NCBI GenBank assembly: GCA_963836025.1
Contig: CAWIIE010000009.1
Location: forward strand, 64,378-128,377
Direction of reading: 5' to 3'
Source: an uncultured Actinomycetota bacterium
GTDB taxonomy: Bacteria > Actinomycetota > Actinomycetes > JBEVHX01
DNA length: 64,000 nucleotides
Part shown: positions 10,044 through 19,528 of the stretch, piece by piece
How the letters are laid out: each line of letters opens with the position of its first letter
Numbering within the stretch: position 1 is the first letter of the stretch
Translations under genes and position numbers: made by a program
The notes under the pieces: generated by a model
What the model saw: the letters and a program-made list of their open reading frames with translations, nothing else
What the model was told of the DNA's origin: nothing
The model's database searches: none

Positions 10044-10504
10044 CTCAGAGCTCGGCGAGGACCTTCTCGTACATGGTGACGTCGCGCGCATCCGGGATCT
10101 CGTTCACGATGCTCCACCGGATCGATGCCGCTGCGGTCGATGATGAACGTTCCGCGCCGAGCCGCGCCCTTGTCCTCGTTGAACACGCCGTATGCCCGGG
10201 CCGTTGCGCCGTGCGGCCAATGATCGGACAACAGGTTGAAGGTGAAGCCCTCGGTGTCGGCGAAGATCCGCAGCGAGAACTTCGCGTCGCACGACACGGC
10301 CAGCGTCACGGTGGCCTCGTTGTCGAAGCTGGCGATCCGGTCGCGAATGCTGCGCAGCTCGCCGGTGCACACGCTTGTGAACGCCCACGGGTAGAACACC
10401 AGCATGACGTTCTTGCTGCCGCGGTAGTCGGACAACCGGACCAGTTCGCCGTGCTGGTTGGTGAGCTCGAAGTCCGGGGCCTGCTGGCCGACCTCGACGG
10501 TCAT
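10044..10504 (-). pseudogene. ahpE: 1-Cys peroxiredoxin AhpE-like, single frameshift near ~10125
   Basis: MTVEVGQQAPDFELTNQHGELVRLSDYRGSKNVMLVFYPWAFTSVCTGEL...FNLLSDHWPHGATARAYGVFNEDKGAARRGTFIIDRSGI is followed by IRWSIVNEIPDARDVTMYEKVLAEL* in the adjacent frame. It is colinear with M. tuberculosis AhpE. Confidence 0.85.
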
Positions 10505-10602
10505 CGGCGTCCTCCTCGCCCTGCGTGCGATGCCATCATCACGATCTGCGCGCCGAAAACGCACGGAAACGCGCGATCTGTGCACTCAAATCGTGATCTT
10601 GC

Positions 10603-11034
10603 TCAGCGGCGGGCGGACCGCGGAGACACCAGCCGGGTGCCGGACCAGTCCCGGGCGGCGGCCGTGCTCGAGGTCGCGGACAGGCCGGCTGTCGGCGCGG
10701 CCTCGCCGATGTCGGACGGCTCGACGTGGCCGATCCGACCGGCCTTTGGCGTCAGCAGCCAGATCACGCCACCGTCGGCCAACGAGATCAGCGCATCGAC
10801 CAGGGCGTCGACCAGATCGCCGTCGTCCTCGCGCCACCACAGCAGCACCGCGTCCACGACATCGTCGTAGTCGTCGCCCACCAACGCCGTGCCGGTGAGC
10901 TGCTCGACCGCCGCCCGGAGGTCGTCATCGCAGTCGTCGTCGTAGCCGATCTCCTGGATGGCCTGCCCCGCGCGCAACCCGAGCCGGGTGGCGAGGGTGC
11001 GCTCCCCTTCCGCGTGGCCCGCGGTCGCGCTCAC
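10603..11034 (-). CDS. Conserved actinobacterial protein (DUF3052-like)
   Basis: GTG at 11034 within ORF 10603..11121. Sequence: LGLRAGQAIQEIGYDDDCDDDLRAAVEQLTGTALVGDDYDDVVDAVLLWWREDDGDLVDALVDALISLADGGVIWLLTPKAGR. The family name is from memory. Confidence 0.65.
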   Translation of the reverse strand: MSATAGHAEGERTLATRLGLRAGQAIQEIGYDDDCDDDLRAAVEQLTGTALVGDDYDDVVDAVLLWWREDDGDLVDALVDALISLADGGVIWLLTPKAGRIGHVEPSDIGEAAPTAGLSATSSTAAARDWSGTRLVSPRSARR

Positions 11035-11169
11035 CTGATGCCCTCCAAAACGGATGCCCCGAAGCAGGTCCAGACCGGGCCTACCGCCGCGTAGTCCATC
11101 GAAGCCTGAGCGGGAGGGCAAGCGATTCGGCCGGATTGTGCACGAACGGCCGAAACTGCCCAGGCCCCC

Positions 11170-11583
11170 TCAACCGCGGAGGAAGGACAGCCGAAGCCGC
11201 CGCGACGGGTTGTCCTCGTTGGTGTCGACCAGCACGATCGACTGCCAGGTACCGAGGACCATCTTGCCGCCGATCACCGGCAGGCTCACGAACGGCGGCA
11301 CGAAGGCCGGCAGCACGTGGTCGCGGCCGTGCCCGGGCGAGCCGTGCTTGTGGACGTAGTTGCCGTCGCTGGGCAGCAGGCGATCGAGCGCCGACAAAAG
11401 GTCGGCGTCGGAGCCCGAACCGACCTCGATCAGCGCCAGCCCGGCGGTCGCGTGCGGCGCGAACAGGTGCAGGAGGCCGTCCTGGCCGCGCGCCACCTCC
11501 TGCACGAAGTGCTCGCACGTCTGCGTGACGTCGATGATCCGCTGGTGGTGGCCGGTGCTGACGGCGACGACTCGCGACTCCAC
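11170..11583 (-). CDS. YjbQ/UPF0047 family (secondary thiamine-phosphate synthase-like)
   Basis: GTG at 11583 within ORF 11170..11691. Sequence: VSTGHHQRIIDVTQTCEHFVQE...LLHLFAPHATAGLALIEVGSGSDADLL...HGSPGHGRDHVLPAFV...GKMVLGTWQSIVLVD. Confidence 0.8.
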   Translation of the reverse strand: MESRVVAVSTGHHQRIIDVTQTCEHFVQEVARGQDGLLHLFAPHATAGLALIEVGSGSDADLLSALDRLLPSDGNYVHKHGSPGHGRDHVLPAFVPPFVSLPVIGGKMVLGTWQSIVLVDTNEDNPSRRLRLSFLRG

Positions 11584-11711
11584 GCCCCCATCGTGGCATC
11601 GAGTCGCTGCCACGTACCCAGCACTCGCGAAGATGCGCGAGGATGGAGCGGTCGGGTCCGACCCTGACCCGCCAGCACTGACCGCCAGCACCGAACGCGA
11701 AGGACACCACC

Positions 11712-14447
11712 GTGGCCCCGGGACGTGAGCACGACACCTTGATCACCGCCGGCCTGCCGACTCAGCTCGTCGACACCGATCCGGACGAGACCCGTGAGTG
11801 GCGCGCATCCCTCGACGCGGTCCTCGAGGCCGCCGGCCCGTACCGCGCGCGCTACCTCATGCTCTCCCTGCTCGACCGGGCCCGCGAGCGTGGCGTCGGC
11901 GTGCCGTCGCTGCGGGCGACGGACTACATCAACACCGTCCCACCCGAGCGCGAGCCGTTCTTCCCCGGCGATGAGTGGGTGGAGCGGCGCATCCGCGCAT
12001 ACATCCGCTGGAACGCCGCGATCATGGTGCACCGCGCCCAGCGACCCGGCGTCGGCGTCGGCGGGCACATCTCCACGTATGCGTCGTCGGCCTCGCTGTA
12101 CGAGGTGGGCATGAACCACTTCTTCCGCGGCAAGGACCACCCCGGCGGCGGCGACCAGATCTACTTCCAGGGACACGCCTCCCCCGGCATGTATGCCCGC
12201 GCCTACCTGGAAGGCCGACTGACCGCGGACCAGCTCGACGGCTTCCGGCAGGAGCTGACCCACCCAGGCGGCGGGCTCTCCTCCTACCCACACCCCCGAC
12301 TGATGCCGGAGTACTGGGAGTTCCCCACGGTCTCGATGGGCCTCGGGCCGCTGAACGCGATCTACCAGGCGCGGTTCAACAAGTACCTGCACGCGCGCGG
12401 CATCAAGGACACCTCGGACCAGCGGGTGTGGGCCTTCCTCGGCGATGGCGAGATGGACGAGGTCGAGTCCATCGGCGCGATCGGGCTGGCCGCGCGCGAA
12501 GAGCTGGACAACCTGGTGTTCGTCATCAACTGCAACCTGCAGCGGCTGGACGGGCCGGTACGCGGCAACGGCAAGGTCATCCAGGAGCTGGAGTCGATCT
12601 TCCGTGGGGCCGGCTGGAACGTGCTCAAGGTGGTCTGGGGCCGTGAGTGGGACGAGCTGCTCGCGGCCGATGGTGACGGCGCGCTGGTCAACCTGATGAA
12701 CACCACGCCGGACGGCGACTTCCAGACCTACCAGGCGGAGAGCGGCGCATACACCCGCGAGCACTTCTTCGGGCGTGACCCGCGCACCCGCAAGATGGTC
12801 GAGCACCTGTCGGACGAGGACATCTACAACCTCAAGCGCGGTGGGCACGACTACCGCAAGCTGTATGCGGCCTACCAGCTCGCGACCGAGCACCGCGGCC
12901 AACCGACCGTGATTCTCGCGAAGACGGTCAAGGGCTGGACGCTGGGGTCGCAGTTCGAGGCGCGCAACGCGACGCACCAGATGAAGAAGCTCACGCTGGA
13001 CGACCTCAAGACCTTCCGCGACCGGTTGCACATCCCGCTCGAGGACGACCAGCTCGACGCGAAGCTGCCGTCGTACTTCCACCCGGGCGCGGGCAGCGAC
13101 GTCACCACCTACCTGCTCGACCGACGGCGCGCGCTCGGTGGTTTCCTGCCCGAGCGGCGGCCAAAGTCGAAGGCCCTCACGCTGCCGCCGCCGAAGGCAT
13201 ACGACGCCGTGAAGCGTGGCTCCGGCAAGCAGTCGGTGGCCACGACCATGGCGTTCGTCCGGTTGTTCCGCGACCTGCTCAAGGACAAGGGTGTTGGCCC
13301 TCGGTTCGTGCCGATCATCCCGGACGAGGCGCGCACCTTCGGGATGGACTCGCTGTTCCCGGTGCAGAAGATCTACTCACCGCATGGCCAGCGCTACACC
13401 TCCGTAGACCGCGACCTGATGCTGTCGTACAAGGAGTCCGAGACCGGACAGATCCTGCACGAGGGCATCAACGAGGCCGGTTCGGTCGCGTCGTTCACCG
13501 CCGCCGGGACGTCGTATGCGACGCACGGCGAGCCGATGATCCCGGTCTACATCTTCTACTCGATGTTCGGCTTTCAGCGGAATGGCGACGCCTACTGGGC
13601 GGCCGCGGACCAGATGGCGCGCGGGTTCGTGCTCGGGGCGACCGCCGGCCGGACCACATTGAACGGCGAAGGCCTGCAGCACGAGGACGGCCACTCGCAC
13701 CTGCTGGCGTCCACCAACCCGGCGGTGATCGCGTACGACCCGGCGTTCGGTTTCGAGATCGGGCACATCGTCCGCGACGGCCTGCAGCGGATGTATGGCG
13801 ACGAGCCCGAGGACGTCTTCTACTACCTCACCGTCTACAACGAGCCGTACGTGCAGCCAGCCGAGCCGGAGGGCGTCGACGTCGACGGCATCCTGCGCGG
13901 GATGCACCTGTGGCGCCGCGGCGGCGATGGCGGGCAGGCGCGCGCCCAGCTGCTGGCCTCCGGCGTCGCGGTGCCGTGGGCGGAGCACGCCCAGCAGCTG
14001 TTGCGGGAGGACTGGAACGTCGACGCCGACGTCTGGTCGGTGACGTCGTGGACCGAGCTGCGCCGGGACGGTCTCGAGGTTGACTCCTGGAACTTCATGC
14101 ACCCGGGCGACGAGCCGCGGACTGCATACGTGACGCGTGCGCTGAGCGAGTCGACCGGGCCGGTCGTTGCGGTATCCGACTTCATGCGCGCTGTGCAGGA
14201 CCAGATTCGGGACTGGGTGCCGTCGGACTTCACCTCGCTCGGGACCGACGGCTTCGGGCTGTCGGACACCCGAGGGGCGCTGCGTCGGCACTTCAAGGTC
14301 GATGCCGAGTCGATCGTGCTGCGCACGCTGGAGCTGCTCGTCAAGCGCGGCGAGGTCGACGCGTCGTTGCCGAAGCAGGCCTTCGACCGGTACCGGCTGG
14401 ACGACGTGCGTGCCGCCGACCCGGGCGCCGGCATGGGCGACGCCTGA
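11712..14447 (+). CDS. aceE: Pyruvate dehydrogenase E1 component (homodimeric type)
   Basis: Intact 911-aa ORF. Motifs include [52 protein letters not shown] and [16 protein letters not shown]. Confidence 0.95.
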   Translation: MAPGREHDTLITAGLPTQLVDTDPDETREWRASLDAVLEAAGPYRARYLMLSLLDRARERGVGVPSLRATDYINTVPPEREPFFPGDEWVERRIRAYIRWNAAIMVHRAQRPGVGVGGHISTYASSASLYEVGMNHFFRGKDHPGGGDQIYFQGHASPGMYARAYLEGRLTADQLDGFRQELTHPGGGLSSYPHPRLMPEYWEFPTVSMGLGPLNAIYQARFNKYLHARGIKDTSDQRVWAFLGDGEMDEVESIGAIGLAAREELDNLVFVINCNLQRLDGPVRGNGKVIQELESIFRGAGWNVLKVVWGREWDELLAADGDGALVNLMNTTPDGDFQTYQAESGAYTREHFFGRDPRTRKMVEHLSDEDIYNLKRGGHDYRKLYAAYQLATEHRGQPTVILAKTVKGWTLGSQFEARNATHQMKKLTLDDLKTFRDRLHIPLEDDQLDAKLPSYFHPGAGSDVTTYLLDRRRALGGFLPERRPKSKALTLPPPKAYDAVKRGSGKQSVATTMAFVRLFRDLLKDKGVGPRFVPIIPDEARTFGMDSLFPVQKIYSPHGQRYTSVDRDLMLSYKESETGQILHEGINEAGSVASFTAAGTSYATHGEPMIPVYIFYSMFGFQRNGDAYWAAADQMARGFVLGATAGRTTLNGEGLQHEDGHSHLLASTNPAVIAYDPAFGFEIGHIVRDGLQRMYGDEPEDVFYYLTVYNEPYVQPAEPEGVDVDGILRGMHLWRRGGDGGQARAQLLASGVAVPWAEHAQQLLREDWNVDADVWSVTSWTELRRDGLEVDSWNFMHPGDEPRTAYVTRALSESTGPVVAVSDFMRAVQDQIRDWVPSDFTSLGTDGFGLSDTRGALRRHFKVDAESIVLRTLELLVKRGEVDASLPKQAFDRYRLDDVRAADPGAGMGDA

Positions 14448-14453
14448 CGGGAA

Positions 14454-16399
14454 CTAGCTGCCCGGGGTGTGGGCCGGTTCGAACTTGGCGGTGGTGGACT
14501 CGCCGGCCTCGCGCTGCTCGGCTCGGATCACGTGCACCACGGCGTTGATCAGCGCCAGGTGGGTGAACGCCTGCGGGAAGTTCCCGAGGTGCCGACCGGT
14601 CACCGGGTCCAGCTCCTCGGCATACAGCCCGAGTGAGCTCGCGTGCGCGAGCAGCCGCTCGCACAGCGCGCGCCCGCGGTCGACCTCGCCGATCTCGATC
14701 AGCGCCGACACCAACCAGAAGGAGCAGATCATGAACGACCCCTCCTCACCGGACAGTCCGTCGTCGGTCTCGTCCACCTTGTAGCGCAGCACGAACCCGC
14801 GATAGGTCAGCTCGTCGGCGATCGCGAGCACAGTCGCGCGGACCCGCTTGTCGTCCGCGGGCAGGAACCGCAGCAGCGGCACCAGCAGCAGGGACGCGTC
14901 CAGCGCCTTGGAGCCGTAGCGCTGCACGAACACGTCCCGTTCGTCGACGCCGTTCGCCAGCACGTCCTCTTTGATCTCGGCGGCGATCTGCTCCCACTTC
15001 TCGGCGTACTCGACCTCCTCGCGCAGCCGCGCCAGCCGCGCGCCCGGTCCAGGGCAACCCAGCAGAACACCTTCGAGGACGTGAAGTGCTGCGGCTCGCC
15101 GCGCACCTCCCAGATGCCGCGGTCCGGCTCCTTCCAGTGCTCGACCGCGTCTTCAACGAGTCGCTTCAGGATCGGCCACTGGCTCTCCGGCAGCTGGTCA
15201 CGCGACTTCGCGTGCAGGTACACCGAGTCCAGCACGGCGCCCCAGACGTCGTGCTGCTTCTGGCTGTATGCGGCGTTGCCGACGCGAACCGGCCGGGCGC
15301 CTTCGTACCCGGTGAGGTGGTCCAACGTGGACTCGGTGATCTCGCGCTCACCGCCGATGCCGTACAGCACTTGGATGTCGCGGTCGTCGGCACAGGCGTC
15401 GGCGATGAACGCGTAGAAGTCGTTTGCCTCCCGGTCCAGGCCCAGCGTGTACAGGCCCCACAGGGCGAAGGTCGAGTCGCGGACCCAGGCATACCGGTAG
15501 TCCCAGTTGCGCTCTCCACCCGGCGTCTCGGGCAGCGACGTCGTCGCCGCGGCGAGCAGCGCGCCGGTCGGCGAATACGTCAAGCCCTTCAGCGTGAGTG
15601 CACTGCGCTGCAGCTTGTCTCGCCACGGGTGGTCGGGGAACTCGCCTTGAGTGATCCAGTTGCGCCAGAACTCCGTGGTCTGCCACATCTTCTCGGCGGC
15701 ATCGGCATACGTCCGCGGCGGTTCGAGCGAGCCCCACGAGAGCGCGACGAAATGCTCGTCGCCCTCGACCATCCGGGTCCTGGCCTGCGCGGTCGGCCCC
15801 TCGATGCCCAGCTTGAGCGAGGACGTGACATGTAGCCGCAGTTCCGAGGACGGGTCGTTGACGATGAGCGAGGAGTAGCCCTGCCCGTCGTACTCCCACT
15901 GCCCGTTGAACAGCCCATAGCCGAATCGAGGTTCGCACGCGACCTCGAGGTCGACGCTGCCGTTCACGCACTTGATGGTGCGCAGCAGACAGTGCTCGGC
16001 GTCGTAGTCAGTGGGCGTGCGCCGATGAGTATGCGATCGTTCGTCGTTGTCGTGCCACGGCCCGATGCACAGCGCATGCCGCACGATGAGCCACCCGGTT
16101 CGGGTCTGCCACGTGGTCTCCAGCATCAGGGAGCCCGGGAGATAGCGGCGCGCGTCGGGCACCCGAACGCCGTACGGCGCGACCCGGTACGACCCAGCGC
16201 GCCGGTCGAGCAGCGCGCCGAAGATGCTCGGACTGTCGCTGCGCGGCAGGCACATCCACTCGACCGCGCCGCTCGGCGCGATCAGACAGGTGGTCTCGCA
16301 GTCGGAGAGGAAGGCGTAGTCGGCGATCGGCGGGAACGGGCTGTGGTGACCGAACGGCAACGCCTCGCCGACGCGTTGGTGGACCGCTTGACCGTCCAT
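14454..16399 (-). pseudogene. Glycoside hydrolase family 15 (glucoamylase/trehalase-like), frameshift near ~15050
   Basis: ATG at 16399 in ORF 14807..16513. Sequence: IADYAFLSDCETTCLIAPSGAVEWMCLPR...ERNWDYRYAWVRDSTFALWGLY...IWEVRGEPQHFTSSKVFCWVALDRA. The C-terminus lies in ORF 14454..14963 (EEGSFMICSFWLVSAL...GNFPQAFTHLALINA). Confidence 0.85.
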
Positions 16400-16426
16400 T
16401 TCACGAGGATGCCACGCAGGTTGCTT

Positions 16427-16487
16427 GCGAATGTGGACGTTGGCGGGGTTGGGAGGCGCTCCCAACGCCGCCAACGTCAACATTCGC
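16427..16487. repeat. PAL-1 palindromic repeat, copy 1 (28-nt arms, 5-nt spacer)
   Basis: GCGAATGTGGACGTTGGCGGGGTTGGGA-ggcgc-TCCCAACGCCGCCAACGTCAACATTCGC, with 2 arm mismatches. It lies between the PHP gene stop (16494) and the GH15 start (16399). Confidence 0.9.
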
Positions 16488-16493
16488 GGGAAG

Positions 16494-17534
16494 CTAGCGT
16501 CGAGTCCAGGCAAGCAGATCGTCGGCGGTCATCGCGTTGACGACGATGTCCGGGGTCACGCCGCACTCCTCGGCGCGCGAGCAGCCGTACGGCAGCCAGT
16601 CGAGCTGCCCTGGGGCGTGCGCATCGGTGTCGATCGAGACCCGGCAGCCCATCTCGACCGCCATGCGCAGCAGCCGGCGAGGCGGGTCGAGTCGCTCCGG
16701 ACGGCAGTTCACCTCGACCGCGACCCCGAACTGTCGGCAGGCCTCGAACACGATCTCGGTCTCGAACTCCGACTCCGGCCGGGTTCTGCCGGTGCGGCCC
16801 TGCCCGGTCACCATCCGTCCGGTGCAGTGTCCGAGCACATCCGTATGCGGGTTCGCCACGGCCCGCACCATCCGCGGGGTCATCTCCGCAGACGGCATCC
16901 GAAGCAACGAGTGCACCGACGCAACGACAACGTCCAGCCGAGCCAACAGCTCGGGAGATTGGTCGAGTGAGCCGTCCTCGAGGATGTCCACCTCGATGCC
17001 GGTCAGGATCCGAAACGGCGCGAGCTCCTCGTTCAGCGCGGCCACGACGTCGAGCTGCTTGAGCAGGCGTGCCGGCGACAGCCCGTTGGCGACCGTGAGT
17101 CGCGGGGAGTGGTCGGTGAGCACGATGTACTCGTGGCCGAGCATGATCGCCGTGCGGGCCATCTCGTCGATCGGTGAGCCGCCGTCCGACCAGTCGGAGT
17201 GGGTGTGCAGGTCGCCCTTCAACGCCGCGAGCAGCGCCTCGCCGCCAACCGCGACCGGCTCGACGGCGACGCCCTGAAGCTTCACCAGGTATGCCGGCAC
17301 CACGCCGGACGCAGCCTCGGTCACGATGCCGGCGGTCTTGTCGCCGACGCCCGGCAGCTCTTTCAGGGTGCCGGCCGCAACCCGCGCGCTCACCTCGTCG
17401 AGCGAGAGGGCACCAACAACTTCGGCTGCGCGCCGGAAGGCGCGCACCCGATAGGTCGGCTCGTGCGCCCGCTCGAGCAGGAACGCGATCTGCTCGAGCG
17501 CGTGCGCCGGGTGCGCGAATGCCGGCTCAGGCAT
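16494..17534 (-). CDS. PHP-domain phosphoesterase with an N-terminal helix-hairpin-helix region (PolX C-terminal-like)
   Basis: ATG at 17534 in ORF 16494..17648. Sequence: TLKELPGVGDKTAGIV...LKGDLHTHSDWSDGGSPIDEMA...HEYIVLTDHSPRL...GIEVDIL...VVASVHS...VLGHCTGR...VEVNCRPERLDPP...SIDTDAHAPGQLDW. Confidence 0.8.
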   Translation of the reverse strand: MPEPAFAHPAHALEQIAFLLERAHEPTYRVRAFRRAAEVVGALSLDEVSARVAAGTLKELPGVGDKTAGIVTEAASGVVPAYLVKLQGVAVEPVAVGGEALLAALKGDLHTHSDWSDGGSPIDEMARTAIMLGHEYIVLTDHSPRLTVANGLSPARLLKQLDVVAALNEELAPFRILTGIEVDILEDGSLDQSPELLARLDVVVASVHSLLRMPSAEMTPRMVRAVANPHTDVLGHCTGRMVTGQGRTGRTRPESEFETEIVFEACRQFGVAVEVNCRPERLDPPRRLLRMAVEMGCRVSIDTDAHAPGQLDWLPYGCSRAEECGVTPDIVVNAMTADDLLAWTRR

Positions 17535-18183
17535 CGACCGTGCGCCCTGCGCCGACCCGGGACAGCCAGACCGGCGCCGTCCCGACCACCACCAGCCACC
17601 CCGTGTTGAGCAACGCCCACACCCGTTGCGGACCGCCGGGTGCCGCACCAGTCATGGCCTGCAAGGCGACCAGGCCGCCCACCGCCGCGACGACGGACCC
17701 GATCACGAGCACGCGTGCTGGGCTCTCGGCGACCCGGCGGGCCAGGACGACGGACGCGGCCAGCATGGCCCCCAGCATTCCGGCCTCAAAGGTCGCGATG
17801 CCGGTCACGTGCACCGTGTCCTGCAAGGTGTTCGGCATGCCGTCCTCGATGTGGCACTGGGCTGCCCCCTGCGGACAGGCCAGCCGGGCGAATCCGCCGA
17901 CCAGGCACCCGACCGCGGCCACCACGAGCGCGCCGGCCACCACCTGGTTTCGCCGCAACCAGATCAGCGCGGCCGCACCGCAGGCGACCGCGAACCCAAG
18001 GATCCCGATGATGCCGAGCCAGGCTGCCTCACTTCCTCGACCGGCCAAGGCGCTGAGGAAGTCGCGACTTTGGTCATAGCCCGGATTGACGGCACCGCCG
18101 ATCAGCGCGCAGGCCCAGAACACGGCACAGCCCAGGAGAACCACGACGGCGGCACGTCGATCCACCTGTCCGAGGCTAGGCAT
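17527..18183 (-). CDS. Integral membrane protein (DUF998-like)
   Basis: Internal ATG at 18183 of ORF 17527..18201. There are about 6 hydrophobic segments. The 3' end overlaps the PHP gene start by 8 nt. Confidence 0.6.
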   Translation of the reverse strand: MPSLGQVDRRAAVVVLLGCAVFWACALIGGAVNPGYDQSRDFLSALAGRGSEAAWLGIIGILGFAVACGAAALIWLRRNQVVAGALVVAAVGCLVGGFARLACPQGAAQCHIEDGMPNTLQDTVHVTGIATFEAGMLGAMLAASVVLARRVAESPARVLVIGSVVAAVGGLVALQAMTGAAPGGPQRVWALLNTGWLVVVGTAPVWLSRVGAGRTVDA

Positions 18184-18228
18184 CCGGTCCGACGGCCGCA
18201 CCCGAGCATCTCGGAGATTGTCGCCGTT

Positions 18229-18235
18229 CTACAAC
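18229..18235. promoter_or_regulatory. CTACAAC half-site upstream of the fasR/mabR-like gene (possible autoregulatory site)
   Basis: GTTCTACAACCTACG lies 9-23 nt upstream of ATG 18249. It shares CTACAAC with the perfect palindrome upstream of fabD. Confidence 0.2.
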
Positions 18236-18248
18236 CTACGATCGGGCC

Positions 18249-19427
18249 ATGGTGCCTCCCGCCCGCCGCCGAGCACCCACCATCCGCCGGCTCGAACGCG
18301 CGACCGGCGACCTGGCCAGCGCCGCGGTGCAGCGGATGGACGAGACCCTGCCGTGGTACCGCGCGATGTCCGCGGAGGACCGCTCCTGGGTCAACCTGGT
18401 CATGCAGGCCGGCATCGCGGCATTCGTCGAGTGGTTCCGGGACCCGGCCAAGTCGCAGGCCACGCTCGGCATCACGGCCGACGTGTTCGGCACCGCACCA
18501 CGCGAGCTCGCCCGTGCGGTGACGCTCGCACAGACCGTCGAGATGGTGCGCACGACCGTCGACGTCGTCGAAGAGTATGTGCACGAGGTCGCGGCCCCCG
18601 GCGATGAGGCGATGCTTGCCGAGGCGGTGCTGCGCTACTCCCGGGAGGTCGCGTTCGCTGCTGCGCAGATCTACGCGCAGGCTGCCGAGGCCCGCGGCGC
18701 GTGGGACGCCCGACTCGAGGCGCTGGTGGTGGACGCGGTGATGCGCGGTGAGGTGGACGAGGTCGTGGCGTCAAGAGCGGCCGCCCTCGGGTGGGGATCA
18801 GTTGGCGACGTCATCGTGCTGATCGGCCGCACACCGGCGGTTTCACCGGAGATCGTGGCCGATTCAGTGCAGCGGGTGGCCAGCCATAGTCGGGTCGAGG
18901 TGATCTCTGGGGTGCAAGGTGATCTGCTGGTGCTGCTGGTCGGCGGTGCGCGAGTCGACGACGCCACTTTGAAGGCCTTCGCGCATCAGTTCGGCGAGGG
19001 ACCGGTGGTTATCGGGCCGGCCGTCGCGGACCTGGGCGCCGCCACCGCCAGCGCAGCCGAGGCGCTCGCCGGCCTGCGCGCTGCGCCCGCCTGGCCGGAT
19101 GCTCCACGGCCAGTCACCGCGGACGCGTTGCTGCCCGAACGTGCGCTCAACGGAGATGAGCGAGCTCGACACCGCCTGGTCGACGAAGTCTTCGCGCCGC
19201 TTGCTGGGGCGGCACCGGAACTGCTCGAGACGCTCACCGCGTACCTCGACCGGGCCGGATCGCTCGAGGGCGCCGCCCGCATCCTGTTCGTGCACCCCAA
19301 CACCGTCCGCTACCGACTGCGTCGAGTCAGCGAGAACGCCGGGTATGCCGCCACCGACCCGCGCGGCGCCCACGTGCTTCGAACCGCACTCGCCTTGGGA
19401 CGACTCGGGCAGGTGACCCAGGCGTAA
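18249..19427 (+). CDS. PucR-family transcriptional regulator, positional equivalent of FasR (Streptomyces) / MabR Rv2242 (Mycobacterium)
   Basis: Intact 392-aa ORF directly upstream of fabD. The C-terminal HTH is ILFVHPNTVRYRLRRVSENAGY. Confidence 0.85.
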   Translation: MVPPARRRAPTIRRLERATGDLASAAVQRMDETLPWYRAMSAEDRSWVNLVMQAGIAAFVEWFRDPAKSQATLGITADVFGTAPRELARAVTLAQTVEMVRTTVDVVEEYVHEVAAPGDEAMLAEAVLRYSREVAFAAAQIYAQAAEARGAWDARLEALVVDAVMRGEVDEVVASRAAALGWGSVGDVIVLIGRTPAVSPEIVADSVQRVASHSRVEVISGVQGDLLVLLVGGARVDDATLKAFAHQFGEGPVVIGPAVADLGAATASAAEALAGLRAAPAWPDAPRPVTADALLPERALNGDERARHRLVDEVFAPLAGAAPELLETLTAYLDRAGSLEGAARILFVHPNTVRYRLRRVSENAGYAATDPRGAHVLRTALALGRLGQVTQA

Positions 19428-19443
19428 CACCGGCGCGTTGAAC

Positions 19444-19460
19444 TTGTAGGAACCCTACAA
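19444..19460. promoter_or_regulatory. Perfect inverted repeat TTGTAGG-AAC-CCTACAA in the regulator-fabD intergenic region; candidate FasR/MabR-type operator
   Basis: 7-bp perfect arms with a 3-bp spacer, 69 nt upstream of the fabD GTG (19529), in a locally AT-richer stretch. Confidence 0.35.
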
Positions 19461-19528
19461 CGGCAGGCCTCCCACTTTCGTCCGTGCCCACACCGCCCGA
19501 ACGGCCGAGCGTCCGCGACCCTTGAGAG

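Noticed and set aside
16425-16970. ORFs translating PAL-1 copies give a recurring peptide (…LGGAPNAANVNIR… / …LAALGAPPNPANVHIR…) that looks like a conserved motif.
   Set aside because: The similarity is a by-product of translating the same DNA palindrome on both strands and in different frames. The flanking ORF sequence is not protein-like, and real gene starts lie beyond the repeat.
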